64,000 nucleotides of DNA from an uncultured Acidobacteriota bacterium (lineage in GTDB: Bacteria; Acidobacteriota; Terriglobia; UBA7540), in the NCBI GenBank assembly GCA_963804995.1, contig CAWDSK010000003.1:1280001-1344000 (forward strand), written 5' to 3'. Made by a program: the position numbers and the translations under genes. The notes under the pieces are model-generated. The model was not told the DNA's origin. It saw nothing but the letters and a program-made list of their open reading frames with translations, and did not search any database. This document shows, one piece after another, positions 39,527 to 49,253 of this stretch. The stretch's first letter is position 1. Every line of letters starts with the position of its first letter.

Positions 39527-39648
39527 GTTCGCATCACCGCCCCCACCCGACGCGCCCTCCCGGCCCTATTGAAATTCCGGGCGGGGGACGATTCTCCTGT
39601 CTGCCCTGGTGGGATGTCGCGCGCTGGGTATCGTGACCGCTATTGTGT

Positions 39649-39737
39649 TGGTGCTGGAGGGGGGAGTTGAACCCCCATGCCGGGTGACCGGCGGCAGATT
39701 TTGAGTCTGCTGCGTCTGCCAATTCCGCCACTCCAGC
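39649..39737 (-). tRNA. tRNA-Leu (CAA)
   Basis: GCTGGAG/CTCCAGC acceptor stem, GCAGA-CTCAAAA-TCTGC anticodon arm, long variable arm, GGTTCAA T-loop, encoded CCA. Confidence 0.97.
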
Positions 39738-39886
39738 ACACGCGAAACAATCAATTTAACACGCCGCGCAGAATCGCTCAACTCAGATATTCTCCCTTTG
39801 ATATACTCCCCTGGTTCGAGCAGTTAAGGCTGAGGAGCGGGGCTGCGGGCTGCATCCCACCCGCCACCGGTCGCAGGCTAAGAACC

Positions 39887-40357
39887 ATGAAGCGCAGTTG
39901 GATTTTCGGCGTGGCAGGACTCCTGCTCGTGACCTTTGGGTTAGGGTTTCTGGCCGGCACCCGCCGTAGGCCGATGCCCAGGGTGGATGCTCTGCCTCCT
40001 TTATCTCTGCCTCCTTTATCTCTGCCCCCTGCTAATGCCCCGGCCTCCGCGGCAAGCAGCACAGATGCTTGCATGAATATTCAAGAGGCCAGTACACAGG
40101 TGGGAAAGACAGGCTGCGTTGCGGCGCAAGTGCTGCGTGTTTACACGTCGCGGGGAGGAAACACCTTCCTGGATTTTTGCCAGGATTATCGAGGCTGTCC
40201 ATTTACGAGTGTGATTTTTGCGGCTGACAAGAGCAAGTTCGGCGACCTGGAATCCTTGCAGGGAAGGCATGTGGAGATTCGTGGCGCGATCACCCTTTAC
40301 CAAAACCGTGCGGAAGTCATCATCCGTGATCCTCAACAAATTCGCAACGCGCCTTGA
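39887..40357 (+). CDS. Membrane-anchored OB-fold protein
   Basis: TM, Pro linker, GNTFLDF, PFTSVIF, GRHVEIRGAITLYQNRAEVII. Confidence 0.75.
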   Translation: MKRSWIFGVAGLLLVTFGLGFLAGTRRRPMPRVDALPPLSLPPLSLPPANAPASAASSTDACMNIQEASTQVGKTGCVAAQVLRVYTSRGGNTFLDFCQDYRGCPFTSVIFAADKSKFGDLESLQGRHVEIRGAITLYQNRAEVIIRDPQQIRNAP

Positions 40358-40427
40358 CGCCAGACGCGCCGGCGGTTCGGAATACGACCCGCCTCGAACG
40401 CAAGGCAGCGGGCTCGCAGTGTTGCTC

Positions 40428-41813
40428 ATGGTGTGCTTCGTCTGGGGCATGGTGAGGGTGGCCGCCGCCCAACCCCCGCAGACTACCCAGAAAACCACTT
40501 CCAGCGTGCAGGTCACGAAGCAGACAGCAGACCTCATCTTGGAGGGATTTGATCTGCTCGGTCAGCACAACGCCACGGGAGCTGAAGGCATCTTCCGGCA
40601 AGCTATCGAGTCGCAGCCCGAAGCGGAGCCCGCACACCGCGGACTGGGTTTGGCCTTACGCGAGCAAGGCAGGCTCACCGACGCCTTCCGTGAACTGCAG
40701 ACTGCCACGCAACTCGACCCCTCCGATGCCGATGCACACTACACGCTGGGCTCTGTGGCTTGGGCGCTGAGCTCGCCAATGAATCCTTCTCCGGGCAAGG
40801 CAGGAGGGCTTGGAGCGACGGACTACCAGAATCTGGCCAGGGCTGAGTTCTCAAAGGCCCTCACCCTGAGCCCCCAAGACGCCACCCTGCGGCTGAACCT
40901 GGCAACACTCTATTTGGAAGCGGACCGGGCGCGGGAAGCCCGGGAGCAGGCAGAGGAAGCGGTTCGCGTCGCTCCCCAGAGCGCGACTGCGCACGTGATT
41001 CTGGGTCGCACTTATTTCGCGGGTGGAGAGGAAGAAAAAGCTGCGCAGGAATTCGAAGCGGCGGTAAATCTTGACCCACAGGACGGAGGCGCCTACCTGG
41101 CACTGGGCCAACTGCGAATGTTCCAGCACCGCATCCCGGCGGCGGAAGATGCCTTGCGCCACGCCATCCAGATTTCCCCCAATCTGGGACCAGCGAACGC
41201 GGCGCTCGCCGAGATTCTAAGCTCAGAAGGCAAGGCCTCCGAAGCGCGCGGCTTGCTGGAAAAGTCCGTGAGCCTCGATCCCCAGGACTGGCAGAGCCAA
41301 TACCAGCTTGCGGTCCTCCTGAACCAGGCGGGAGAATCGGCGCGCGCCACCGAGTTGCTGGAGAAAGTCCTGCGCGCCAATCCTGATTTCCCCGGGGCGC
41401 GCGAGCAGTTGGCGGCCGGAATGTTGCGGCGCGGTGATGCGAAGGGGGCGACCTCGCTAGCGGGGAAAATGATCGCCCAGGATCCCCAGGGGCCGGAAGG
41501 CCACCGCATCATGGCGCTGGCCCTCTGGAAGGATCGCGATTACGAAGGTTCGCTCGCGGAGGCCGCCATGGCACTCGCCGCCGCTCCGGATTCCAGCGCG
41601 ATGCTGACGCTCCAGGCCATCGCGTTCTGGCAACTCAACCGCAAGAAAGATTCGCAAATGGCCTTTCGCGCGGCGGCTCGGGTCGAACCCAAAGTAGCTT
41701 CTGCCGACGTTTTCTGCCGCCTCTTGCTGTGCGACCAGCGCGATATCGGTGTGGTGGGCAAGTTTCTGCACAAGAACCGCTGGGTCCTTAATCCACCCAT
41801 GTCCGAACCCTGA
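40428..41813 (+). CDS. Exported TPR-repeat protein
   Basis: Multiple TPR units (AHRGLGLAL, AHYTLG, AHVILG, AYLALG); start uncertain. Confidence 0.85.
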   Translation: MVCFVWGMVRVAAAQPPQTTQKTTSSVQVTKQTADLILEGFDLLGQHNATGAEGIFRQAIESQPEAEPAHRGLGLALREQGRLTDAFRELQTATQLDPSDADAHYTLGSVAWALSSPMNPSPGKAGGLGATDYQNLARAEFSKALTLSPQDATLRLNLATLYLEADRAREAREQAEEAVRVAPQSATAHVILGRTYFAGGEEEKAAQEFEAAVNLDPQDGGAYLALGQLRMFQHRIPAAEDALRHAIQISPNLGPANAALAEILSSEGKASEARGLLEKSVSLDPQDWQSQYQLAVLLNQAGESARATELLEKVLRANPDFPGAREQLAAGMLRRGDAKGATSLAGKMIAQDPQGPEGHRIMALALWKDRDYEGSLAEAAMALAAAPDSSAMLTLQAIAFWQLNRKKDSQMAFRAAARVEPKVASADVFCRLLLCDQRDIGVVGKFLHKNRWVLNPPMSEP

Positions 41814-41931
41814 ACCTTGGCACGAACCTCTTCCGCGGGATGTGCCTTCGAACCGCCAAGGCGGCAACCCTTCTCCCCCACGACCAACGCGCGTTCGGCC
41901 GCGCGGCCTCTACCTGTGGTTTTCCCAGGAT

Positions 41932-43068
41932 TTAGTAACCCCGCTGCTTGTCCACTACATTCAGCAGAGGCAATCCGTTCACGTAACGCCGGACGTTTTC
42001 ACAGAAAAGGTCCATAGAATTCGTGGTTGAAACGTTCCCCTTCGCGCAAGTGTGCGGACTGATAAAAATGTTGCCCGCCGTCCACAATGGATCATCCGCG
42101 GGCAGTGGTTCCGGTTCCGTTACGTCGACCGCGGCGCCCGCGATGCGGCGTTCTTTCAAAGCACTGACCAGAGCGGGCGGGTCGACCAGCCAGCCCCGTG
42201 AAACATTGATGAAGTAGGCGCTGGGCTTCATCAAGCGAAAGATCTCATCATTGAACATGTGATGGGTGAGGGGCGTGTGGGGCGCGGCGCTGACCAGCAC
42301 GTCGACCTGCGGCACCATTTTCGGAAGCCATTCCGGTGAGTGCAGTTCCGCCACGAAGGCCGGCTTCGGCAAGGGCTTGGGGTCCGTGCCCAGAACCCGC
42401 ATGTGGAATCCGTAGTGGGCGCGGTAAGCGGTGTCGGTGCCGATTCCCCCCATGCCCACAATCCCCATGGTCATGCCGGTAATGTCGCGGAGTCCCTCCA
42501 GGGGATTCCACTTCTGCTCGCGGGTCTGCACCGCGTAATCGTGCAAGCGGCGGGTGAGAGTAATCAGCATGCCGATGACGGATTCCGAGATGGTGGGCGA
42601 ATACATGCGCTGCATGTTGGTGAGCACCACGGGGCTTTCCACGAACTCCGGGTAGAGAACCTCGTCCACGCCTGCGGCGGTGTATTGCACCCAGCGCAAT
42701 TGCTTGGCGGCCCGAAAATCTTCCACGGTGAAGTGGCCTAAGATGATGTTGGCATCAGCAACTTCCTGACGGAATTCTTCTTTGCTCCCGCAGTATTTGA
42801 TCTCCAGATTGGGAGCATAGGCTTGCACTTTTTCGAGGTACGGGCTGCCGATTCCGCCCCGACCAGTCACCAGTTTGATGCGCGCATGGCTAGCGGCCTT
42901 GCCCGGTTCGGCCAGGGGATACGATGCCACCGTCACCGGCCAGGGGGGCGAGGGCGGCGCCTCGGCGGCCACCGCGTGCGCCCTCGGCAGAGAAGCCAGG
43001 GCCGCTCCCGTGGAGCCCACGGCGGTATTGCGCAGAAATTTGCGTCGCGAGAGACCTTCATTGCTCAT
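41932..43068 (-). CDS. D-2-hydroxyacid dehydrogenase family protein with Tat signal
   Basis: SRRKFL; GIVGMGGIG; INVSRG; DVTEPEPL; SPH. Confidence 0.92.
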   Translation of the reverse strand: MSNEGLSRRKFLRNTAVGSTGAALASLPRAHAVAAEAPPSPPWPVTVASYPLAEPGKAASHARIKLVTGRGGIGSPYLEKVQAYAPNLEIKYCGSKEEFRQEVADANIILGHFTVEDFRAAKQLRWVQYTAAGVDEVLYPEFVESPVVLTNMQRMYSPTISESVIGMLITLTRRLHDYAVQTREQKWNPLEGLRDITGMTMGIVGMGGIGTDTAYRAHYGFHMRVLGTDPKPLPKPAFVAELHSPEWLPKMVPQVDVLVSAAPHTPLTHHMFNDEIFRLMKPSAYFINVSRGWLVDPPALVSALKERRIAGAAVDVTEPEPLPADDPLWTAGNIFISPHTCAKGNVSTTNSMDLFCENVRRYVNGLPLLNVVDKQRGY

Positions 43069-43309
43069 TCAAAAGCCCTCCAAGGTGAGATGGGTAAGAG
43101 TGTACCACCGTGAAAACCCCTTCGGCGACCCTTTCGTGCGGGCTTTCCTGCTGCCTGCGCCCTGACGGCGCCGGGGTGCTAAGTCCGACCACGGCTCGCA
43201 AAATACCTCCGGTCGTGGTACGATTTTCGTGACTCAATGGATGCGATTATCGTCCCCTCAACGCACTCTGGCGGGCCTGAACGATCACATAAAGGATGGA
43301 AAAATCCCA

Positions 43310-43666
43310 ATGGCAATCTACATGGTGGAGAAGGTCGTCGACAATGTGCTGTTGCTCGCCGTGCGCGGGCGCATTACCTTGGGTCCGGAAACGGAAGCGC
43401 TGCGTACCAAGTTAAAGACGTTGCTCGAGGCTGGCCAGATGCGCATCATCCTGGATCTGGGAGAGGTTACCTACCTTGATAGCGTGGGACTCGGAACCTT
43501 GACATCCAGTTATACCTCCGCGCGCAATAGGGGAGGCGACCTGAAACTTCTGCATCTCCCGCGCGGAGTCCACCAACTTCTGCAAGTCACCCGCCTCAGC
43601 ACCGTCTTCGAAATCTATGAAGACCTGGAAGCGGCCCGGCAATCTTTTGCACCGAAGAACCCATGA
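43310..43666 (+). CDS. STAS domain anti-sigma factor antagonist
   Basis: LDLGEVTYLDSVGLG phosphoacceptor motif; TRLSTVFEIY. Confidence 0.92.
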   Translation: MAIYMVEKVVDNVLLLAVRGRITLGPETEALRTKLKTLLEAGQMRIILDLGEVTYLDSVGLGTLTSSYTSARNRGGDLKLLHLPRGVHQLLQVTRLSTVFEIYEDLEAARQSFAPKNP

Positions 43667-43841
43667 GGCCATCCCGCCCCGCGGGACAAATTGTCCCCGC
43701 GCAAATCCGCCCTTCTCATCCTTTGACAAAGATCATTCATGCTGGTACAGTTGCCCCAAAGTGTGTGTGACATTAGGTAATAGGTAGCCCTACCCATGTC
43801 GACTGCGCACCACGAACGACCTCACGCGAATCGAGGTTTCT

Positions 43842-44045
43842 ATGCAGGGGACAATCAAGCGAGTCATCCGCGACCGTGGCTTTGGATTCATCAGGTCTGC
43901 GGACGGTCAAGAGGTTTTCTTCCACCGCAGCAGCCTTCAGCAACTGAACTTTGACGGACTCAAAGAAGGCGAGACGGTTGAATTTGAGATCGAAAACGGC
44001 GAGAAGGGTCCACGAGCTGCAAGCGTTCGGCCGGGCGCGAAGTGA
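43842..44045 (+). CDS. Cold-shock domain protein
   Basis: RGFGFI (RNP1), VFFH (RNP2), KGPRA. Confidence 0.95.
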   Translation: MQGTIKRVIRDRGFGFIRSADGQEVFFHRSSLQQLNFDGLKEGETVEFEIENGEKGPRAASVRPGAK

Positions 44046-44261
44046 GTTTCCAAGACCTCGCCAGCCCCACTAGGATTGCACTTCTACGGCGCGGATGGAA
44101 TTGCTGTCACCCCCAGAGGGGAGAAAACTGTTGAGTTGACGCTTCCAGTCTAGCCGTGGGCAATTACACTACTCCGCTGATAATCGTATTATATACAAAC
44201 AAATCATATAAATAGTTATTCCCAACTTTAAGCGGGAGTGCAACCCCTCTCCACCGCAGGC

Positions 44262-45653
44262 TCACTTGCCCAGCGCGCTTTGCTCGATGCGTTTTAGCTC
44301 CGCCGTCTGCCGGGCATCAAGGTGTATCTTCGGCTCCTGGGCCAGGATCGCGCGTGCCCGCTCCTCTGCCGATTCCTCCAGCGTCTTGGACCCACGCGTC
44401 TGCCAATCTCCCCGCCGTCCCCGCACCGCCAATTGCGCCCGGCTCAGCACCTGGCGAAAATGTTTCAGCGTGTGCGGTGAATTCAGGAAATCGCCGGACC
44501 GGCCCGCTTCCTGGATGGCTTCCATCGCCATACTTTCTTCGTCCACAGGAATTCCCTTCCGGAAGCGCAGGAAATAGCCGGCGATTTCGTTGTCGGTGAC
44601 CAGCGCTTCCGGCGACATGGCCAGTGTCGATTCCAGATTTCCGGCGCCCCAGATGAAATTCACACCCGCAGCGGTGTGGGCCAGGCCGGTCATCATCTTT
44701 TCGAAGGCAGCCTGGGAGTCGGCGCACATGGATTCCGTCGACATCCAGGAAGCGCAAGGCAGGCCGTGAAAACTCGCCATATCGGCGCCCGCGGCCTGGA
44801 GCAGCGCATTCTCCGGCGCGCCCGTCAGGGCAATCCCCGCCGACATATCGAAGACGTGCGCGAATCCCACGTTGTAAAAGCACGGGCGCCCCTGCTCCAG
44901 TAACTGATTGATGACCAACCCGCTCAGAGTATCGGCGTCACCGATCACCAGACACCCGGCCAGAGTCACCGGCGCCGTCGCTCCGCCCAGGGGTTCGGAA
45001 TTGATGGTGGCGGGAACGCCTAAGCCAGCCGTCTCCTTGAACACTCCCAGTGCCAAAGCCGTCCAATGCAGCGGACTGATAATGCTGAACCCGGTGCTGA
45101 CGATGGGACGGTCCCGCAGAGTGGCTCCGTCCAGAAGAACTTTCGCCATCTCCATCACCATGCGCGCGCCCGCGGGCGTGTAGATGCAGGGACGCAGGTG
45201 CTTGGCGGTGTTTTCCGCCATAATGCGAAAGCCCACAAAGTCACGGCTGGTGGGAGGGTAGTCGGCGATCGAAGTCCCCACCATGGCGTGAATGTTGTCA
45301 CAAGCGTCCACAATGCGGGCGAGCTCCGCGAGGTCAACTGAGGCGAGGTCCGTACGAACCTTCCCGCGCGTGATATACAGCGCGTTCCCGGTCAGAACCA
45401 GCGTCCCTCCCTCCGGACTGAGGTTCCAGAGACGGCCCGTGCGGTCGGCAATTTTGAGCTCGTGGGGCGCCTGCCCGAGAGCCCATTTCACCAGGTCGGC
45501 GGGGATGTGTACCCGGTTTTCAGGGTCCACGGTCGCCCCCGCGCCTTGCATCAAGCGCACAATTTCAGGATCGTCCACGCGCACGCCAACTTGCTGCAAA
45601 ACGTCCAGGGCGGCATGGTGAATCTTCTCGCAGTCAGTATGAGTAAGTAGCAA
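44262..45653 (-). CDS. Trimethylamine methyltransferase (MttB/MTTB) family, non-pyrrolysine
   Basis: IHHAALDVLQQVGV, ISPL, GATAPVTLAG, DSQAAFEK, GDFLNSPHT; TTG start with GAGGGAG; no in-frame TAG. Confidence 0.9.
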   Translation of the reverse strand: MLLTHTDCEKIHHAALDVLQQVGVRVDDPEIVRLMQGAGATVDPENRVHIPADLVKWALGQAPHELKIADRTGRLWNLSPEGGTLVLTGNALYITRGKVRTDLASVDLAELARIVDACDNIHAMVGTSIADYPPTSRDFVGFRIMAENTAKHLRPCIYTPAGARMVMEMAKVLLDGATLRDRPIVSTGFSIISPLHWTALALGVFKETAGLGVPATINSEPLGGATAPVTLAGCLVIGDADTLSGLVINQLLEQGRPCFYNVGFAHVFDMSAGIALTGAPENALLQAAGADMASFHGLPCASWMSTESMCADSQAAFEKMMTGLAHTAAGVNFIWGAGNLESTLAMSPEALVTDNEIAGYFLRFRKGIPVDEESMAMEAIQEAGRSGDFLNSPHTLKHFRQVLSRAQLAVRGRRGDWQTRGSKTLEESAEERARAILAQEPKIHLDARQTAELKRIEQSALGK

Positions 45654-45744
45654 AAGACAACTCCCTCGCCAATGATTTGAGGCCGAACATTAGATAATGC
45701 GCAGAGGGAGTGTCAAGGCAATTCTCTTGCGGCGCCCGCTGCTT

Positions 45745-45816
45745 AGCCCTCTCCGAGGGGAGAGGGTGGACCGCAACCGGCGTTCTCATCAGCCGGGGCG
45801 GGACGGGTGAGGGGTT
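45745..45816 (-). repeat. REP-like repeat, family B
   Basis: Inverted copy of 8324-8390. Confidence 0.85.
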
Positions 45817-46002
45817 ACTTCCTTACAGGCCCGGATTTATTCGCGTTAAACTGAGTCACTACCCTTTAAGGTCCCGACAACAATTGCCGATACTTAAGGT
45901 GGGCAGGGCTGCGGCGTTTGGCGAAGTGCGGTCGCCGTTGACCTGGTGTACGGAACCTCGGTTTCAGGCCACTGAGTAAAGGGCGGGAAGGATTGGCGAC
46001 GC

Positions 46003-47085
46003 GTGATATCCCTGAAAAAATACATGGACATGGACCCGAACGAGCTGAACAAGCATCGGGAGGCGAGTCCCGCTGAACTGTTGACCTTAACGTTGGATTC
46101 GTATCGCTCAGCCTTAGCGGCCATGGGCAACTGTGGCGCGCAGGCTTGTCCGACCTTGGGCCCTGACCTGCAACGGAGTCTGCTGGTTCTGGCGGAAAGC
46201 CTTTCGAAAAAGCTTACCCCGCCTGTGGTGACGGAAACCGAAGTGCACGTAGAAGAGCAATTGCAACTCTGGGGTGCGCAAACCGCCGATTACTTCAAAG
46301 AAAGAGCCGGCGACGTGAAGGAGATTCTGATGCTGCTCGCCCACGCTGCGGAGTCCACGGCGGAACGCGACCAGCGTTATACCAGCCAGTTCAGCGAGTT
46401 CACCAAGCGCCTACAAGCCATGGCCAGGCTGGAGGATTTACCTCAAATCCGGGCGGCGATTATGCGTGGCTCGCGCGACCTGAAAGCCTGCGTGGAAAAA
46501 ATGGAGCAGGATGGCCGCGAGTCAGTAGCCACACTGCGGTCGCAGGTCTCAACTTACCAGACCAAACTGGAAGAGGCGGAGCAGCGTGCCTCGCGAGACT
46601 CCTTGACGGGTTTGGAAAATCGCCATGGTGTAGAGACCAAGCTGGAACGCCGCATCGAGGAGAAGAAACCCTTTTGCGTGGTGGAGCTCGACCTGAACGG
46701 GTTCAAGCAAGTCAATGACACCTACGGCCACCAGGCGGGTGACGACCTGCTGAAGCAGTTCTCGGCGGAATTGCGCTCCGCCTCGCGTTCCACTGACGTC
46801 ACCGGACGCTGGGGTGGCGATGAGTTCATCGTGGTGCTGGACGGCAGCCTGGTAGAAGCCAATGCTCACATCGAGCGTATGCGCAAGTGGGTCTTCGGCA
46901 GTTATACCCTCCAGGTCGGAACGGAAACCCAAAAGGTGGACATGGACGCGGCCATGGGCTTGGTGGAGTGGAAACCAGGCGAAACGATGAAAGACGTTCT
47001 GGGCCGCGCCGACGCCGCCATGTATCAAGACAAGTCAGTGGCCCGCAAGCAAGCGACATCCCCACAGCCGGAGCGGGTGAATTAG
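46003..47085 (+). CDS. Diguanylate cyclase (coiled coil + GGDEF)
   Basis: DSLTGLENR, DLNGFKQVNDTYGHQAGD, RxxD I-site (RSTD), RWGGDEF. Confidence 0.95.
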   Translation: MISLKKYMDMDPNELNKHREASPAELLTLTLDSYRSALAAMGNCGAQACPTLGPDLQRSLLVLAESLSKKLTPPVVTETEVHVEEQLQLWGAQTADYFKERAGDVKEILMLLAHAAESTAERDQRYTSQFSEFTKRLQAMARLEDLPQIRAAIMRGSRDLKACVEKMEQDGRESVATLRSQVSTYQTKLEEAEQRASRDSLTGLENRHGVETKLERRIEEKKPFCVVELDLNGFKQVNDTYGHQAGDDLLKQFSAELRSASRSTDVTGRWGGDEFIVVLDGSLVEANAHIERMRKWVFGSYTLQVGTETQKVDMDAAMGLVEWKPGETMKDVLGRADAAMYQDKSVARKQATSPQPERVN

Positions 47086-47135
47086 GAGCCATATTGTGCC
47101 AGCGCCGCCGCCCGGTGCCACAAGCGTTCGTAGCG

Positions 47136-49048
47136 GTTGCGGTAGGGATACCGGTTACCCGGTACCCCCCGCACGGATCCGTACGTGCGCTGGTTAGCGC
47201 ATACGGCTCTTATCTCGGATGTGTGGCGGCGAACCGTTGGGATGGCCAAGGATGCACAACGTGCGGAGCAGGCAACCAGCAGGCCGCAAGCTTCCCCAGT
47301 CGGTCCCAGTTGAGGCGGTGGCGTTGACTGCGTTGACGCAGTTGTGTTCGCCACAGTCGGGTCAACCGTTCCCGAAAGATTCGCAGGCGGTCGAGGTTTC
47401 CCGGTACCGCGTGATAGTTGAAGTAGCCTTGCACGACCGACCGGAGCCATTTACCCGTATCCGCGATGGGATCGTGCCGACGCTGCCGGAGTTGTTGCTT
47501 GAGTTCCTGCAACTTCCCCCGCAGGCGCTTGCTGATCGTCTTCCGCTTCACGGTAAATTGCCCCCTCCGGTTCTTCCCGCTGATATGCGTGAAGCCCAGA
47601 AAGTCGAACGTCTCCGGCTTACCTTCTCCTCTCCGTTTCCGGTAAAGTTCGGCAAACGGCCCGAACTCGATCCGGCGCGTTTTGTCAGGATGCAGTTCCA
47701 ATCCAAACTTCCCCACCCGCTCCCGGAAATCCTCCAGAAAGCGGTCGGCTTCCGTCTGCGATTGGAATCCAAGGACCGTATCGTCGGCATACCGCACCAC
47801 GACCACGTCTCCCCGGGCGTGCTTCTTGCGCCACGCCTGCACCCACAGGTCAAAGACGTAGTGCAGATAGATATTCGCCAGCAGGGGCGAGACCACCGCC
47901 CCTTGTGGCGTACCCATCTCCGTCTCCGACCATTCGCCTTCCTCCCTCACCCCGGCTTTCAGCCATTTCTGGATGAGCCGGAGAATCCGGGGGTCGGCGA
48001 CGCGATGCTGCACGAACTTGAGCATCCATTCGTGGGATATCGAATCGAAAAATCCACGAATGTCCGCGTCAAGAACGTAGTTCACGTGCTTCACCGTGAG
48101 CGCGTACGAGAGCGCGTCCAGCGCTTGATGCTGGCTGCATCCCGGTCGAAAGCCATACGAGAAGCCCAGAAAGTCTTCCTCGTAAATCGCCTTGAGGATG
48201 GTGACCACGGCCTGTTGGACGATCTTGTCCTCCAGTGCCGCAACCCCCAACGGACGTTGCCGCCCGTCGCCTTTCGGGATATACGCCCTTCGCGAGGGCT
48301 TCGCTCGGAATGCTCCACGGTGGACCCGGCTGTGCAGATCGACGAGTCGACCTTCCAGCCCGCTTTCATACTCCTGCCACGTCATGCCGTCTACTCCCGG
48401 TGCAGCTTTTCGCTTCAAGGCGTAAAAGCTTTCCCGCAGCAGATCGACCGTTAAGTGGTGGAGCAAGGCCGTGAACTTCATCTCCCTGTGTTCCTTCGCG
48501 GCTTTCCGCACACCCGCGAGTCCCTGGGACACGCGTGCCCCGCTCTGTGTCGGGTGCGTGTTAGGCCAACGGGTGTTCTCCTTGATCAGCGGCCTTCCCT
48601 CCTCATTCTCCGCCAACGGCTTCCCGTCTTTGTTCAAATGATTCATCGGTACTGTTCCGCTGTCCGACTCCTCGAAAGCGTGCAGGCGGGCTGTACGGCC
48701 ATCGCCTTTTCCCGCCGTCCGGCCACGATCTACGGCGGCCGGCGCCTCCGAGGTCTCCCGGTTCTCGTGCAGAAAGTGTCTAGGCGTGTCTGGGGTCTAC
48801 GACTACGCAGGACTGTGCCGGAACTCGCGTTGGCGTCCCGGCCTCATGTTGCCTTCCGTTTAGTCTGAAAACGTCGGCGTCCTGATTGGACATTTTCGAA
48901 GCTCAATACCCAGCCCACCTATTCCCCTGTTTACGCTTCACCGTGCGCCTCACGACGCCCAGCGCAAAACTCGGGGCCGAGTGGATCGCTACTCCTTCCT
49001 CGTGAGAAATTTTCATTCTCTGCTTTCTGCCGGTTTATCCCGGCGCAC
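47136..49048 (-). mobile_element. Complete group II intron (IIB-type, probably bacterial class E)
   Basis: 5' GTGCG at 49048; DV GAGCCGTATGCG..CGCACGTACGGATC with AGC triad; DVI ending CCCTACCGCAAC at 47136; joined exons restore a REP. Confidence 0.93.
47210..48646 (-). CDS. ltrA: Group II intron reverse transcriptase/maturase (no endonuclease domain)
   Basis: AAPGVDG, RPLG, SYGFRPG, DADIRGFFD, GTPQG, RYADD, FDFLGFTH, maturase NYHAV. Confidence 0.96.
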   Translation of the reverse strand: MNHLNKDGKPLAENEEGRPLIKENTRWPNTHPTQSGARVSQGLAGVRKAAKEHREMKFTALLHHLTVDLLRESFYALKRKAAPGVDGMTWQEYESGLEGRLVDLHSRVHRGAFRAKPSRRAYIPKGDGRQRPLGVAALEDKIVQQAVVTILKAIYEEDFLGFSYGFRPGCSQHQALDALSYALTVKHVNYVLDADIRGFFDSISHEWMLKFVQHRVADPRILRLIQKWLKAGVREEGEWSETEMGTPQGAVVSPLLANIYLHYVFDLWVQAWRKKHARGDVVVVRYADDTVLGFQSQTEADRFLEDFRERVGKFGLELHPDKTRRIEFGPFAELYRKRRGEGKPETFDFLGFTHISGKNRRGQFTVKRKTISKRLRGKLQELKQQLRQRRHDPIADTGKWLRSVVQGYFNYHAVPGNLDRLRIFRERLTRLWRTQLRQRSQRHRLNWDRLGKLAACWLPAPHVVHPWPSQRFAATHPR

Positions 49049-49240
49049 CAGACCTCCGCCGTTGAGGTCTGCGGTTCTTCCTGCGCATTGTCAACGAAAG
49101 TATCGTGGCGAAGAGGCGAGCGTGACGGGACCGCCTCGGTTTGTGATTCGTGGGTTTTGCAAACTAAGAACCGCGGACCCCAAAAACGGGGGACCGCGCT
49201 ACAAAACATGGCTGGGCTCGCTCGGTGACAGCCGGCCCCG
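49049..49240 (+). repeat. ~190 bp composite REP element family A, copy interrupted by the intron
   Basis: Direct repeat of 50387-50578; its missing GTAGCG head lies at 47130-47135. Confidence 0.9.
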
Positions 49241-49253
49241 CATGAGCTTTGTT

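Noticed and set aside
39991..40030. 15 bp tandem repeat (LPPLS) as a phase-variation tract
   Set aside because: In-frame unit in a Pro-rich linker; would not switch expression.
44262..45653. Pyrrolysine recoding in the MttB homolog
   Set aside because: No in-frame TAG and no pyl genes in the window.
45847..45862. GGTAGTGACTCAGTTT, possible isolated IS terminal repeat
   Set aside because: Single short end, no partner or transposase in the window.
47219..48454. 411 aa antisense ORF (also 21769-22893, 60380-61378, 11927-12715)
   Set aside because: Shadow ORFs opposite well-supported genes in GC-rich DNA, no recognisable motifs.
25503..48646. Diversity-generating retroelement (RT plus near-identical repeats)
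   Set aside because: The RT has group II intron motifs and sits in a full intron; differences between repeat copies are not confined to adenines; no avd-like gene.
47210..48646. Retron or defence-associated RT
   Set aside because: Maturase domain and DV/DVI are present; no retron-specific VTG motif or msr-msd seen.
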